Below, one piece after another: positions 26,006 to 39,430 of a DNA stretch of 64,000 nt. The position numbers and the translations under genes were made by a program. This DNA is from Mobula hypostoma (Eukaryota), in contig NC_086108.1 of the NCBI RefSeq assembly GCF_963921235.1, forward strand, positions 41,170,001-41,234,000. The letters are read 5' to 3'. The notes under the pieces are model-generated. The model did not search any database, was not told the DNA's origin, and saw only the letters and a list, made by a program, of their open reading frames with translations. The first letter of the stretch is position 1, and each line of letters opens with the position of its first letter.

Positions 26006-27834
26006 GTTCCTCCTCAAAGTTTGCTTGAACCCCAATGCTTATTTTGTCTGCAAATTGAGCATAAGCCCCATCCTCCCCAATAGCTCATCATCCTTGGCTA
26101 CTGCTTGGCTACTGATGCTCTTGCCAAGAAATGTCATACCTTCCCCCCCACAATACTCCAGTTTTGTCCCCTTGTCCTGACTAATGCCCCCAACTTCAAC
26201 CCTTCCTTCTCGCCAACAACCCCAACATTTAGAAATGGCACTCCACTCCTATCAATTTATCCTGTCCGTTTTCCCAGTGGATACACACACTTAGGCCCTG
26301 CCCATGGGTTCCTCCTCCATGCAATTCCTGAATCGGCCATATCTCCGGACTCAAATCTTTCAATACGTGCTACCGGTGTCCTCAGCAAAAGGTTATTTGA
26401 ACAAAGGGTTCATTATCCCACTCTGACCCTTTAAACAGGTGTCTTTCAATCTCCAAGCAGATGTTTATGTTTTCTGCTTTTTCTACAAAAAAACCCATAA
26501 ATTCTGGGTCTAATTTTCAACTCTTCTGCCCAGCGGTTTTGTTCAGGAATTGTCTATAATTAACAATGATACGAAGATAATGGGAAACATGAGTATGAGT
26601 CAGGCCGCTTCATATGCGACAATTGCAGCTGTTCTACTGTTGCGGATCAAGTGGTCTTGGTTACTGCAGCACACAAGACCACATTACCAGGAGCTATATT
26701 TTGCTGCAGCTGATTTTGCAGCTTTGGCTTATGTGACTCTTTTGCTGACTACTATTGCTGACTCTTCATCCTGAAAAAGGCAGCCCCAGCTGTTTGCGAA
26801 CAAAGGGACAACAGAATTATTATCAGTCCCAACTTCCTAAGAAGTGATTGAGTGGTGCATTTGCAGAGGTCTAAAGGTGTGTAGTCACAATTAATGAGAA
26901 GATGCTTTGAGTTCAAAATCAGAGACTTCATAATAATGCGAGTCTCCCTAATAACGATCTAATCACATGTAGTAATTAAGCTTTGCAGACATTTTGATAA
27001 AGCGTCATTAGCCTGAAACATTGGCTTATATTTCTACAAACAAGGCTTAACAGCCTCAGATTTTCCAGCATTTCTGTATTTGTGCGTGGCTAAGGTTCCT
27101 TCAGTGAAACATAATTGAATTTTATACCACATGAGTTTGGAGGGTGGCGCTCAGGGAGGGGGTCAGTTGGCACTTTGTGCAACTCAGTTCAGGGGAGCTC
27201 AATAAGTAACTCGGAAGATCGTGGTGACTGGACTGGAAGTGTTGGCGGGCCGATGAGAGATGTGTGGTGGTCGATAGTGAATGTTGGTGACGATCTTTGG
27301 TGTTACCTTGCTGGGACCACTAGAGATTTTTCTGCTCCTTTATGGTCCCTAGTCAGGTTGGCATATTAAAATTTTAATCTTAATTTGTTTCTGTCTCATT
27401 TCCTTCAATGTCAAAAATTTTTTTTTAATTGGCAGATGCTGGAAATCTAAAATTAAAAAAAAGAAAATACTGAAAATACTCAGTAGGTCAGACAGCATCT
27501 GTAGAAAGAAAAAAAGAGTTAACCTTTTCTGTCTTTATCCCCGAATGTCTGTATGGGCTGCAAAATATACCTAGTTTTCTTCAGATCAGCTAGGAGTCCT
27601 GGGCCTCTGTCAGGGGCCCCACTCGGGGATTAGACTCCAGGAAAAGATTTGCTGCAAATTTGATTATTAAGTACCACTTTTCCTGGATGACTGCTCATCC
27701 ATTTCTCGATTATAATAAATTTAGCCACTCAAGTAGGCCTATTGGAACCTCAGGAAGCTATTAACCCAGCCCAAATAAGTGGTACATGGACAAATTTCAA
27801 GCTTGTGTTTGGAAACTTGGTATAAAGCATGGTT

Positions 27835-27952
27835 GCAACACACACAAAATGCTGGTGGAACGCTGCAGGCCAGGCAGCGTCTATAGGAAGAGGTACAGTT
27901 GATGTTTCGGGCTGAGACCCTTCGTCAGGACTAACTGAAAGAAGAGATAGTC
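27835..27952 (-). mobile_element. 118-bp PLE 3'-end insertion carrying the hammerhead motif
   Basis: Near-identical to the 48012-48130 arm; flanked by ATAAAGCATGGTT (27822-27834) and ATAAAGAATGGTT (27953-27965). Confidence 0.85.
27896..27933 (-). ncRNA. Minimal type I hammerhead ribozyme motif
   Basis: Minus strand tagtc CTGACGA aggg-tctcag-ccc GAAA cATC aactg. Confidence 0.6.
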
Positions 27953-30900
27953 ATAAAGAATGGTTCATTTGCAAGACAACATGTTACAAACATACATATC
28001 ATTGGTGAGTCTAGGAGTACTGGCGTCATAAGTGGAAAACGGTGCGGAAAAGTATCTTGAGGACATTACCATACATGGTTTAGCAAAATGTGGTCAAAAT
28101 GTGGGCAAAGTATGAATGGGAAAGGCCAACTGGCCTGCTCCTGTCTTGTCTGTTCCTATATATACATCCTACCAGTCAACATCTTAAAAAGAAGAAAAAA
28201 AAGTCTGCAGAAACCCATCTCAGGTTGGATGCTTTCAAACTGTGTGAGTCTGAAGCTTTGGGATAACAAGGCTCAGTGACTCTGGTTTTCTTAGTGCATT
28301 TGCTTGAGTCCAAACAACTCATTGGTTGGGGCACAATTTAAAATAATTCATGAGCAAATTTCCATATGCTCTGTAATGCTGAAGAAACCGACAAATACAC
28401 AGCAGCATCCTATAAAGACAAAACACTGTCTCACAGTTGTGTTTGTTGTATCCCATCTTTGGTCTGGCTGGGTTCATTTACCATTTAGGTAACTTATATA
28501 GAAGTTTGATAAAATTTGACAGTAGTTAACATTTAGCAAAATGTAGATTTGTTCAATTCAGAAGCTGGATTACAATTCTGATTAAGGTTCCCAGAGCTGA
28601 GAACAATTTCTCTTTCCATTAACACTGCCTGAGCTGCTGAGTGTTTCCAGCATTCCCTGTGTTGTTTCAGAATCTGAATTTTTGTTTTAATTTCAATTAC
28701 CTTTGGACTACTTTAGAGGATTGGTTTGGGTTATGCCTTCAACATGCTTATAACATTTGTGATAACTGAACTTAAAGGGGACGTCTAACCAAGAAGGGAA
28801 GTAACTAAAGCTGCTATGCAACAATTGCCAGGCAAAAGGATTGAGTTCTCAATTGACAGACAGCAAATAGCAAGACTCCTTTTGGGCACAGATATTCTCA
28901 AAGATACTCAGCAGGTCAGGTAACACCTGGGGAAAAAGTCATTGATCCAAGATGTTCACTCTTGACAAATGAAGGGAGAGTTGTCTAACACTTGCATTTC
29001 TAGTGCACTGCTGCAGAGCAGATTTTATCAATAACAACTGTTTAATCCAGTTCTTAACGGGTCTCTAACTCCACCACTGGAATCTTCAGTGTAGAGAGTA
29101 GCCAAGTTTCAGTGTCTCCGTATAAATTCGATTTGCATATCCGTACACAAAAATCTAGCCTGCCAGTAACGAAGGAATGATATCCAGTTGGCAAGAACAC
29201 ATTTCAAATATTCACCTTGTGTTTTGGCTAATACGCTTGCTTGGGCCAATATCTCAAACTGGATTGCCTGATAACTGTAAAGTCACTGTGTTCTGAAATT
29301 TAACCAGTATTTCCTACAATAATGGCTGTGTATCGTAACAAATATTTATCTATTTATTCAGTTCCTACATCTGACACCATTGTGTCTCTTCAATTAAATT
29401 CCTAGCAATGGGAGTTGCTTGCATACATGCTCTAAACTTCATTTAAGTTTGAAGAATAAGCACCACATGGTACTTCCCAGCACATTAAATATCAATCAGC
29501 AATTAGAACAGACTATATATTTCAGTTTTTGCACATATTTACTGTTCTATCCAAAGCCATGATATTATTATCTTTTGTTGGTAGCTACCTGCTGGAATAT
29601 TATATACAATGAAGATTAATGTGCAGTTTTCCAGTGATCTGCTTACTGAAATACAGTGTCCCATATTTTTAAACATGAAAGAAAAGCCTTTACATAATGC
29701 AATCACATGGAGGGGAGCATGGTACCTAATCGTCATAAATATCAAAGAATTTTCTACAGAGGGTGGTAATGGGTTTAACAATGTAAAAGTGATTTTTTTT
29801 ATAGAATGCTGAATATAACCAGTTAGGCAGTGAAAATTAACAAAAAAAAAGGGAAAATGAAAACAGTGATGTTATTTCATCTGGAGATTTCCCTCCCTCA
29901 TATCTGCAGTTTATCATTTCCCCACCGAACAATGAGGTTCGTTCTTCACCCTACGTATACACATGGCCCACTTATTTTTTTTTTCCGAAGTTTAATGTCA
30001 GGTCCAGCTCCAGAGATCTTAGCATCAAGATCTAGGCCATTGCCAAGGGATGGCATTTAAAGTAAGGTCTCAGGAGATGAAAAGGTTACCAAGATAATGT
30101 TAAGCCAAAGCAAGGCAGTCAACACCAGTGCCCCGGTGAATTCTTCTTCTACAACCGTATTACTAAAATCATACATGATCATCATGACAGAAATTTGTGT
30201 CCCTTTGTACACAAATTATCAACTGCTTTCCCACTAGTAATATAGCTTCAAAAGTACTTCAGTGGCCATAGGGTCCTTTGAATTTTTGTGTCTGAAGGAG
30301 AAGATGATGGGGAGATCAATGATGTCATCAAGTTTGAAATTAACAAAGACATGGGTTTCAGTAGCTGGCTAGTTATGGTAACCATCTCGGCTTAATTCTT
30401 CTTTCCTAAGCACCCATTAGCTTTGGTCCATCCATTCCAACTCCATTCTCCTGACCCCAGAAACCTTCTTCTTCACCACTATTGATGAGTCCCTTGATTT
30501 TACCCCTTCAGTTTCTTTTCTGAAGATATTCATCTTCACAGGGAAGACTTTCTTCCATCCCCATTACTGCATCAGACCATCAATGCCATTTTCCTATTAT
30601 CTACAACAATGCTCCACCATCTTTCATTACAATTAGTTTAATTCAACCTTGTTCACAATTCCATTATTTTAACTTCTCACTGAATCTCTTCGATACTTAC
30701 AGGACCCATGCTTTCAAATCTTCCAGTTTCATTGTGCAGGGATGCAAAAGTTTCTTTCACGTGAAATGGTAGTTTATGTTCAGTGTTTGTCATGTAGGAC
30801 ATTTTGTTGCTCTGAGATTTTATTAACTATTTCTCTCCTCCATCATCCACATCAACCACTTACACCAAAAGTTTTTTTCTGCCTCATTGAGTTACTTACA

Positions 30901-31480
30901 TCAACACTTTTTAAAAAAAGCTGTTAGATGATGCTTATGCTATCATCCTTTAACATTTCATCATCAGTTTTCTGCAAAGCATCACAACCTGTTCAGCTCA
31001 TTTGTTCCTTCTTAGTGATAGGACCTGCAGACCCAAACTTGGAACTTTACTTCTTGCTGTCATCCATTGCTTTATTTATTCAGTCCTGTAATCTAAGGTG
31101 AAATGTTAATTTGCATCTTCTTTCAGATGCCGATGAATTAATTTTATGTTTTCATCTGTTACTGATATTTATAAATCTCATATTTTTTTCCATGTTAAGA
31201 GCATCTTCTGAGAGGGAAAGCATAAATAGAATCTCAAGGTGGTCACAATTCAGATAGAGATCTTGCATTTTAACTACCGATATTTAATTGGAAAATCCAT
31301 TTATAGAAGATTTAATTACATTAAATCAAATAGGTTAAGGAAGGAAATCTGTGCATGCTTATTCATTACCTTAAGTTTGCTGATTAAAATTCAAGGTTAA
31401 TAAATGTGTTCTCTTTATTACTCGAATATATATCATTGCCTTGCTTATTCTCACTTGACTAAGAAAGCACAAGGGTTACA

Positions 31481-32282
31481 GCAGAAGCGCGATGAGGATT
31501 GTTTGGGACACTGAATGGAAGTGAGGGAGGAGGTGTATGGTGCATGCCCATATACCTCCTTCCTTACCTCCATTCAGGACCCCAAACAATCCTTGCAGGT
31601 GAGGCAACACTTCACCTGCGAATCTACTGGGGTTGTCTATTGTGCCCAGAGCTTACAATGCAGTCTTCTTTACACTGGTGAGACATTTCATAAATTGGGG
31701 GACCGCTTCGTCGAGCACCTCCACACAATCTGCCATGCGCAGAAGTTCCTGGTAGCCAAACATTTTAATTCCAACTCCCATTCCCGTTTCGACATGTCGG
31801 TCCATCTCCACCTCTTGTGCCAAGATGAATCGACCCTCAGGGTGGCAGAGCAAGACCACATATCTGGGCAGCATCCAACCTGATGGCATGAATATCAATT
31901 TTTCTTTCCAGTAAAAACATTTCCCCACTCTGACCCTTTACCCCTTCTCACCTGCCTATTAATTCCCCTGAGGCCCCTCCTCCTTCCCTTTCTCCTGTGG
32001 TCCACCCTCCTCCCCTATCAGATTCCTTCTTCTGCACCTCTTCAGCTTTGTCACCCACCTGGCTTCATCTATCACCTTCCAGCTAGCTTCCTTCCCCTCC
32101 CCACCACTTTTTTTTATTCAGGCATCTTCCCTCTTCTTTCTCAGTCCTGAAGAATGGTCTCAGCCTGAAACATCGACTGTTTATTCATTTCCATGGATGC
32201 TGCCTGACCTGCTGAGTTCCTCCAGCATTTTGTCTGTGTGTTGCTTTGGATTTCCAGCATCTGCAGAATTTGTCATGTTTAT
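31481..32282 (+). mobile_element. Penelope-like element (GIY-YIG and 3' UTR) with a 5' snap-back inversion
   Basis: FTCESTGVVYCAQSLQCSLLYTGETFHKLGDRFVEHL; hairpin at 31495-31593; AAGGGTTACA/AAGGGCTACA flanks at 31471-31480 and 32283-32292. Confidence 0.9.
32142..32179 (+). ncRNA. Minimal type I hammerhead ribozyme motif
   Basis: cagtc CTGAAGA atggtctcagcct GAAA cATC gactg; helix I pairs perfectly (cagtc/gactg). Confidence 0.6.
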
Positions 32283-33639
32283 AAGGGCTACATCCTTGGA
32301 CTAGCAATTCGGAGATATGAAATAACAATCCAAACGCACAAGATCTACTTTGAGGGGATGAGTAGTATGCTCCTGCTCATATTAAGGAAGCAGGAAAAGT
32401 AACAAGTGCAAAGAATTTTAAATGGGCAGAAAGCATTATTGTTCCTAATCAAGAAAAATTTAGAAGGACCACCAGTAAATGAGCTGGGCTTGTCAAAAAG
32501 AACGACGGTGGGCCAGAAGCAAGTAGATAACACTAGCATTATGTTAAATAAGATAGATTCAGGACAGATCTAGCAACTCAGAAATGAGCAACCATGAGGC
32601 ATTATGGACCATCAACAGCAACAGTAGTAATGTATTTCCTCAATCTGTAAAATTATGAATGCCATATCCCTCACTACATCATTACCGTAGCATGAAGCCT
32701 AGTTCAATGAAGTCTATTGATAAATATGTCAGGAGCAACATTAGGCACAATTAAAAATGAGGCACACTAACAAGATGAAACTACAGCATAGAGTCTCTTC
32801 CATGCTAATCCATTGAAATAATATGTGATAAATTGCTAAACATTCTCTTAATTGATTAGCTTAGAGCTCTGTATTTCTGGCACTTCCAGTCATGAATTCT
32901 TATGAACAATTAGGAAACTGACAGGTTGCAGACACACAACGAGCAGTCCCATTCTCAATGGTGCCACAGTTTCATACGTGAGTGCAAATTGCAAAGCTGA
33001 AGTTTTTGGATAAAGTCTTCAATGGGGATACTGAGTAGGTAATCTTCATGGATCTTCTACCAAGGTCTCAGCACCAGAGAAGTTGGATTTCAATTAATTT
33101 CATTTATGAAATGCGGACAATTGCCTAGGTCTGTCAAATCCACAAAAATAACAAATCCATTCTGGCCATGTGTCACCCTGTCTATTAACTTCCATTATGG
33201 ACAATATGACAGTAACTACCACTAATAGTGCTATCAAGCAACAGGTATTAAAGCTATTCAGTTTAGATTGCACCAAGGTCTGCCTGCTCCAAACCTCAAT
33301 TGCAACTTGTGTTCAATTATGGGCACACTGTACGTTATGAATTCCAGAGATGAGGTGTGACTGCCCTGACAAATGGTTACAGCAAAAAACTCAAATTAAT
33401 CCAAATTTAGGTGACAAATGGAAAGAAAAATTGCTACTGTCTGGAAAAGGTTGTTGGAAGCCAATCATTTCAGACCACGACAATAGCCTAGATCCCACCA
33501 TCTTTAAATGCTTCATCAAATGTCTCCTTATAAAGTTAGAAGTTTGAATACCTACCACGGATTAAGTATTCAGTTATTTTTGTATCTCTTCAGATAGTGC
33601 TTCTGACCGTGAAACAAGACCAGGAGAATATTATAAGGT

Positions 33640-34076
33640 AACACACACAAAATACTGGAGGAACTCAGCAAGCCATAGCCAGCATTTACGGAAAATGGTA
33701 CAGTCAACGTTTCGGGCTGAGAAAAACAATGATGAGGAATCAGAGTTAGAAAGTGGGGAGATGGGAGGATGAAACACAAGGTGAAAGGTGAAACTGAGAG
33801 GCGGGAGGGTGAAGTAAGGAGTTGGGAATTTGATTGGTGAAAGAGATAGAGGGCTGGAGATGGGGGAATCTAATAGGAGAGGACAGAAGGCCATGGAAGA
33901 AAGAGAAAGGAGGAGCACCAAAGGGAGACGATAGGCAGGCACAGAGATAAGGTGAGAGCAGGAAAAGAGTATAGGGAATAGAGAAGCGGGCTGGTCTTCA
34001 TTACCGGAACTTCAAGAAATCAATGTTCATGCCCTAAGGTTGGAGGCTACCCAGATGGAATATACTGTGTTGCTCT
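33640..34076 (-). mobile_element. PLE 3' fragment (GIY-YIG end and 3' UTR); hammerhead half deleted
   Basis: The reverse strand encodes IFHLGSLQP.GMNIDFLKF followed by the pyrimidine-rich UTR. Confidence 0.85.
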
Positions 34077-34119
34077 GCCCTGACTTTTTCTCTTGTTTGT
34101 GATTGAATATTACAGGAAA

Positions 34120-34430
34120 GCTGGTCAGACAGCAGGAAATGTTGCTGTCTCATAGCAGCAGTGTTCAATCCCAGTCTCCGGGACACTGTGTGGCGATTGT
34201 ACTTATCCCTGTAACCGGTAATGTGTCCCCAGACAGCTCCCGTTTTCTCAAATATCCTAAAAACATGCGAGTTGGCAGGTTAATCGATTGACCACTATGA
34301 ATTACCTCTATAGTGCAGGTAGGTGATTGGAGAATTGGTGGGGACCAGGATTCATGCATTTGAGAGAGAAATGATTACAGAGGGAACGATCCAAGAACCT
34401 GCAATAGCCTCCTATGTCTAAACAGAATAA
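34120..34430 (+). mobile_element. Old V-domain SINE
   Basis: B-box-like gttcaatcc and an eroded V core (gttggcaggttaat..ccactatgaattacctcta). Confidence 0.5.
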
Positions 34431-36758
34431 GTCTATGATAATTCCAGCAAAGGCTAATGAATATCTATATAATGAGTACAAGCATGATATATGCTAATAT
34501 GTGGGTGTTATCAGAGCACTCAGCTTGACATATTTTGTCATGATACAGAATTTTCTCTGGCATCATTTCCAACCTTGGCTGGTACAGCTCCATGTAAGAA
34601 CTCAAATACCACCTCCTCTCAATCCCAAATCTGAGATGGCTTTCAAGCTTCCTTCATAAGTGCATCCTTTACTTCAGCCCCCCGACATCCTGGTCTGTGG
34701 AATATCTTTGTTCATAACCTTTTAATTTTATTTCTGGGGAGGTGAAGAAGAAGGAGCACTACTGTGATTTAGCAAAGAGTGTCTTTTAAGGACTGAAGTG
34801 TTGATGCCCATTAGCTCAGGAGTATGACTGCAGGCACACTAAATTGGCATAGCTTTGGTCGAGGCTGCACACCTACCAATTAAGGGAACATAAAGATTGG
34901 GATCCAGTTGCATGTCTGAGCTGTGGCTGTGTTTCAAAGTGCACCAAACTGCAATTCCTACTTTTAAGCAGTCCATTTTCCTATCTAACCACTGGCTTTG
35001 TCAACTTTAATGTGAAATTTCAATATAGGTAGACCCGTGCTTTGTATGTGAGGTTTTGCAATTGTTTTAACCAGTTTATGTAGTGCAATTTTAACCTCAG
35101 TCTGCTTTGTTTGCTGGAAATCATAAAATGCTAATTAAGGACACTGGTAGAGCAGTTTCATGAGTTAGTCATTTGTTTCCAACCTGGTTTAACTTGTAGA
35201 TAAAGTCTGATACGATCCAGGCTGTGTAATCTTTGAAGTGTCTGTCAGTTCATTTTATTGACAGTTTTGTGTATCTTCAAGTCTAGACATCGCTGAAGAA
35301 GGTGGAAGGATGTTAATTTCCTTAGTTTGAGTGATTGAAGAATTTCTATATGCTGATTTAATGGGACTTTCAAAAGAGTTTAAAATGAAATGAGCGAATA
35401 ACTGTTAGAAACACAGCTGGTCTCATCTCCCAAATGATCACAGCTCTCGTACAGAATGCCATATGCATTGGTCTGTTCTTGGGAGGTTTGCATTATGTTT
35501 ACCTAATGAGATATTGGATATGTACAAAACACATTACAACTGAAAAGATCATTCATACATTTCAAAAGACACTGATACATCAAGGATATCCTGTGAATAC
35601 CAATATCCGATAACAGAGGAAACCAATTATCAATATTGGACCACAAAGGAATTTAACTTTCTCTGCAGTATTTTGATTCCTTTCTGCTGTTTGTTGCATC
35701 ACTTATCACATACAGGTACCAGCATTGTTTGAAGTGAACAATTCTCACTCCTTGCAAGAATTTGAGTCTATTGGGATTTAGTTTAGGTGAAGCCAAAAAA
35801 AACAGGAGAATGTTGATACCATTCTTACTGGAGATTGCCCATGCTATTCACTCCTGCCCGCTTTTGATTAGTTTTGATGATCTATGATTTCCTGGAGATG
35901 AAATGGCCATTGAGTGGATAGTGAAGCCAGCATACTCCACAGTCTTGCCAATTTTTAGAATTCCTATTTCACTTACAAATTGTCTTCAACCTCCACCACC
36001 TACCCCTGCTTCACCTCTTTATCTATACTCATACATGTATGGGATAGGTTTAATATTCATCAGTGGTATAAACTTGTTATAACAAACATGTAAAATATCG
36101 AATTTCATTTCCTATTGAAGTGAGAATCAGCCTGATAATATTATTGCCCCAGTTATTTATGCCTTCCTTACTTCTTTGATTTCTGTCATGATGCCTCAGT
36201 GAATGTTTGCACACATTACTAATGCAAATATCTTTCATACTGTTCTCTGCCAATATCAGTTATTCTATTTATTTCAATGTGTGTGTGTGCTCATCCTGCA
36301 TTCTGCTGTCTGTCATTGTGCTTGTCTAAGCCTATTGATACCATCAATTATTTCCAATTTGGAAAATAATGATTTATGCTGAAATAACTTCCAAGTGATT
36401 GCATTTTTCAACTAAGGTGAAACCAGTATAAAATCTTGTATTGAATATGCCTGTAACAAACAGGAACTTCCACTAAAAAAATTTTGGGTATATACCTCAA
36501 GAATGGTTGAAAGGACATAAATATTTAATGAATGTACTGCTGGTGGCTGGGAAAAAGACCCTTACCAGGAAATGGTTATCTCAGGAGAGCCCAACTTTAA
36601 ATGTATGGATAGAAATTACAAAATGGAGAAGATAACAGCATCTGTTACTCATAAGTTGGAACAATTTTAATCATACTGGAAAAAATAGTTTAACTACATA
36701 ACACCTCATAGGCCTGATTTTATTCTCACAAGTCAATGAATATGTTGTAAAAAAAAAT

Positions 36759-36960
36759 CACTCCCTACTCTGTACATAGTTTTCTTCTTTCGATTGTTCT
36801 TTCTTTCCTCTCCTTTCTATAAGTGTATACCTCAGATAAATATTATGTGGAGATTTGTGACAAATATGATTATATTTTATATATGTACAGTATCTGAAAT
36901 ACATCTTATGGAAATGTTTGTTTGATGATGAAATTCAATAAAAAATAAATTACAAAAAAA
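36759..36960 (+). mobile_element. L1-like 3' UTR fragment with polyA signal and A-tail
   Basis: T-rich tract ending aattcAATAAAaaataaattacaaaaaaa. Confidence 0.45.
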
Positions 36961-37198
36961 TTGTGTTAATATCTGCAATTTCAGTATCAAAAAGTCAAAA
37001 TAGGCAGGGAAATTAGAGAACAAAACGGATAGAGCAGAAGGTTACAGCATCCGTTCTACTTTAATGCCTCGTTAAAATGAATCAAATCCTAAACGAGAAC
37101 CATTGAGTAACTGATATGATTTTACTATTCGTGTTAGTTTAAAAACTTAGGTCCCTTGCTGAAGTCCCTGTGAGATAAGGTCAAAAGAAGTAACTTAC

Positions 37199-37240
37199 AT
37201 CCAGAGTTCATATGAGACCACCCACCATGTTGAATGTTAA
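37199..37240 (-). CDS. Candidate micro-exon (xNIQHGGWSHMNSG)
   Basis: Branch-like ctaat, then ccttctttgaag|42 nt, phase 1-1|gtaagt. Confidence 0.2.
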
Positions 37241-39324
37241 CTTCAAAGAAGGTTTGAAATGTAATTAGAAGACTCAGCAGGATATGTAATAGAATTGGGA
37301 TTGTTTCTGTCAGTCAATTGGACTACAGGGTCAGAAAGTGTTGACACCAGAGTTTTATTTTTATAATCTACATCTCCTTATTAATAGGTTTCAGTGAGTA
37401 TTTCTTTGTTAATAACAATCAGAGACATTTGTCATTTGGAATGAATAGTTATGTGTGCAATAATTTGATTTATTAGACATTTTTTTTCCTTTTGCATTTG
37501 TGAATGGTTATTAAATATAATCATTGGAAAATATCATATTTAGGAGAAAGAACAAAACTTTATGTAACATGTTTCAAGTTGCCAGCAAATCTCAAAGCAC
37601 TTTTACTACCAGTTAAATATTCTTGAGAGACAGACATTATTTCAAAGCGTCATTTCCCTTCCTAAGAATTCTGTCCATTTCAAAGCCCTTGCTAACCTGA
37701 GGGCATCCATCTTCCTCACAAGTCTCTCCATCTTCAGGCTGGGTTGTGGGAGTAGTGAGGTACTGCATTAAGTTGATCAAATTCATTGATAACTAAGGGA
37801 ATTACGTGCACCATTTTCTTGTCTTGTCACACACCATTATCTCTAGTGTTCCCCAAGGATCTTATTTCTTTTACACATCTTGCCTCTTGGAACATTACCC
37901 AAAAATCATGTCATTTATTTCCATAGGAATGTAGACAAAAACTCAACTTCACTACCCTGTCATCTCTACTAATTCCTCAACTTTCTCTCAGATAGCAGAC
38001 CACATAAGCTGGCATCCTCCAGTTTTATTTTCACTTCCATTGTATTTCCCCAAAATGAGAACTGCTCTTGAAGGGAGTCAGTTTACATACCAAATGTCAG
38101 ATAAAGAAAATTAGGGTTCATGTCAGGTTAGGGCTCAATTTTACATTCAGACAGCATTTATATTGTAGATGCAATAGTCTATGTCCCAGAGTCCCTGCCA
38201 GATGTCTTGTGCAGGATTGGGACTTCTTACAACACTCATCATAACTCAGGAAAACTGCTGATATTGCACTGCATCATGTTATTTAACAATTATAAAAACT
38301 CTCAATGGCAGATTGAGTCAGCAGGTCTATGATGTTATGGTAGCGGGATGTAATATTTGAATTAACATTTGTGTGCTAATGGATTAATAAACCAAGGTCT
38401 CATTTGGCCCCGGGAAGTCAAGAAAGACCACAAGAGAGTGTTTGAAAAACAGCAGCGGAGTTCACATTTTATTGAGTTAATCGGGAATGATGGCTATGGA
38501 ATTGCTAAATTGTTGAGAAGACCCATTTTGTTCATTTAGAGAAAATGAACCTTTAGAGAAAAAAATCTTAAGCACAGAGCTCACCACAGCTCACACTTCC
38601 AAGGTTAATTAGGGATGGACAATAAATGCAGCTTTCCACATCCTACAAATAAAGCAAGTATTTTATAAGTAGTTAATAACTTGACAGATTATACAATAAT
38701 CTTAACTCTTTAAGTTGTACATTTTAATTAATGTCTGCTGATGTATCAGACTGGATTGATGCTTTGTTCATATAATAATCATGAAGCTGTATAACATTTG
38801 GCATTTGGTTCAACATAATTTGGTTGCAATGTCAGAATATTACTGTTCATGGTCAAGATATCAAGGATTTTTCACCTTGTTGAATAGTGCACTGAAACCC
38901 TTCAGCTATTAAAATGCTTTCAAAACTTAATCTGTCATCATGCCAGCTTGAATGATGACTGTATAATGTTCCAACTTAAAGCTTGTGTTATTGTATCTCA
39001 GATCCATCTCTGGATAAATTGCTGCAAAAATACATGGTCCATTTATTACGTAGTTGAAGTTATGTACCTTCAAAATTAATTCCTGCTTCTGTTCACATTA
39101 TCTTACTGCAACTAAAAACAGTATCTTCCATTAGAGAGAGAAAAAACACCATAAACCAATTTGATCATTATCTTTTAGTTCAATCATTTGGCTAAATGGC
39201 TTCAAAGTATTTCTGGAAACTGCCAGGAAAGCTTGGCAACATCTAAACCAGTTTCTGACAAAGGTATGGATATGGACATCATGGTGGAGAAGAGGTGATT
39301 TGAATGATAATATTATCGCAGCTT

Positions 39325-39430
39325 AAGACAATAGACAATAGACAATAGGTGCAGGAGTAGGTCATTCAGCCCTTCGAGCCAACACCACCATTCACTGTGA
39401 TCATGGCTGATCATCCACAATCAGTACCCT
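39325..39430 (-). mobile_element. CR1 3' tail fragment
   Basis: (gacaata)3 tail plus the reverse complement of 63400-63490. Confidence 0.8.

Noticed and set aside
39179..39263. Plus-strand AG..GT segment (FNHLAKWLQSISGNCQESL..) faintly like a Rab helix
   Set aside because: It is isolated, has two open frames, and no other GTPase motifs or compatible plus-strand exons were found; likely chance.
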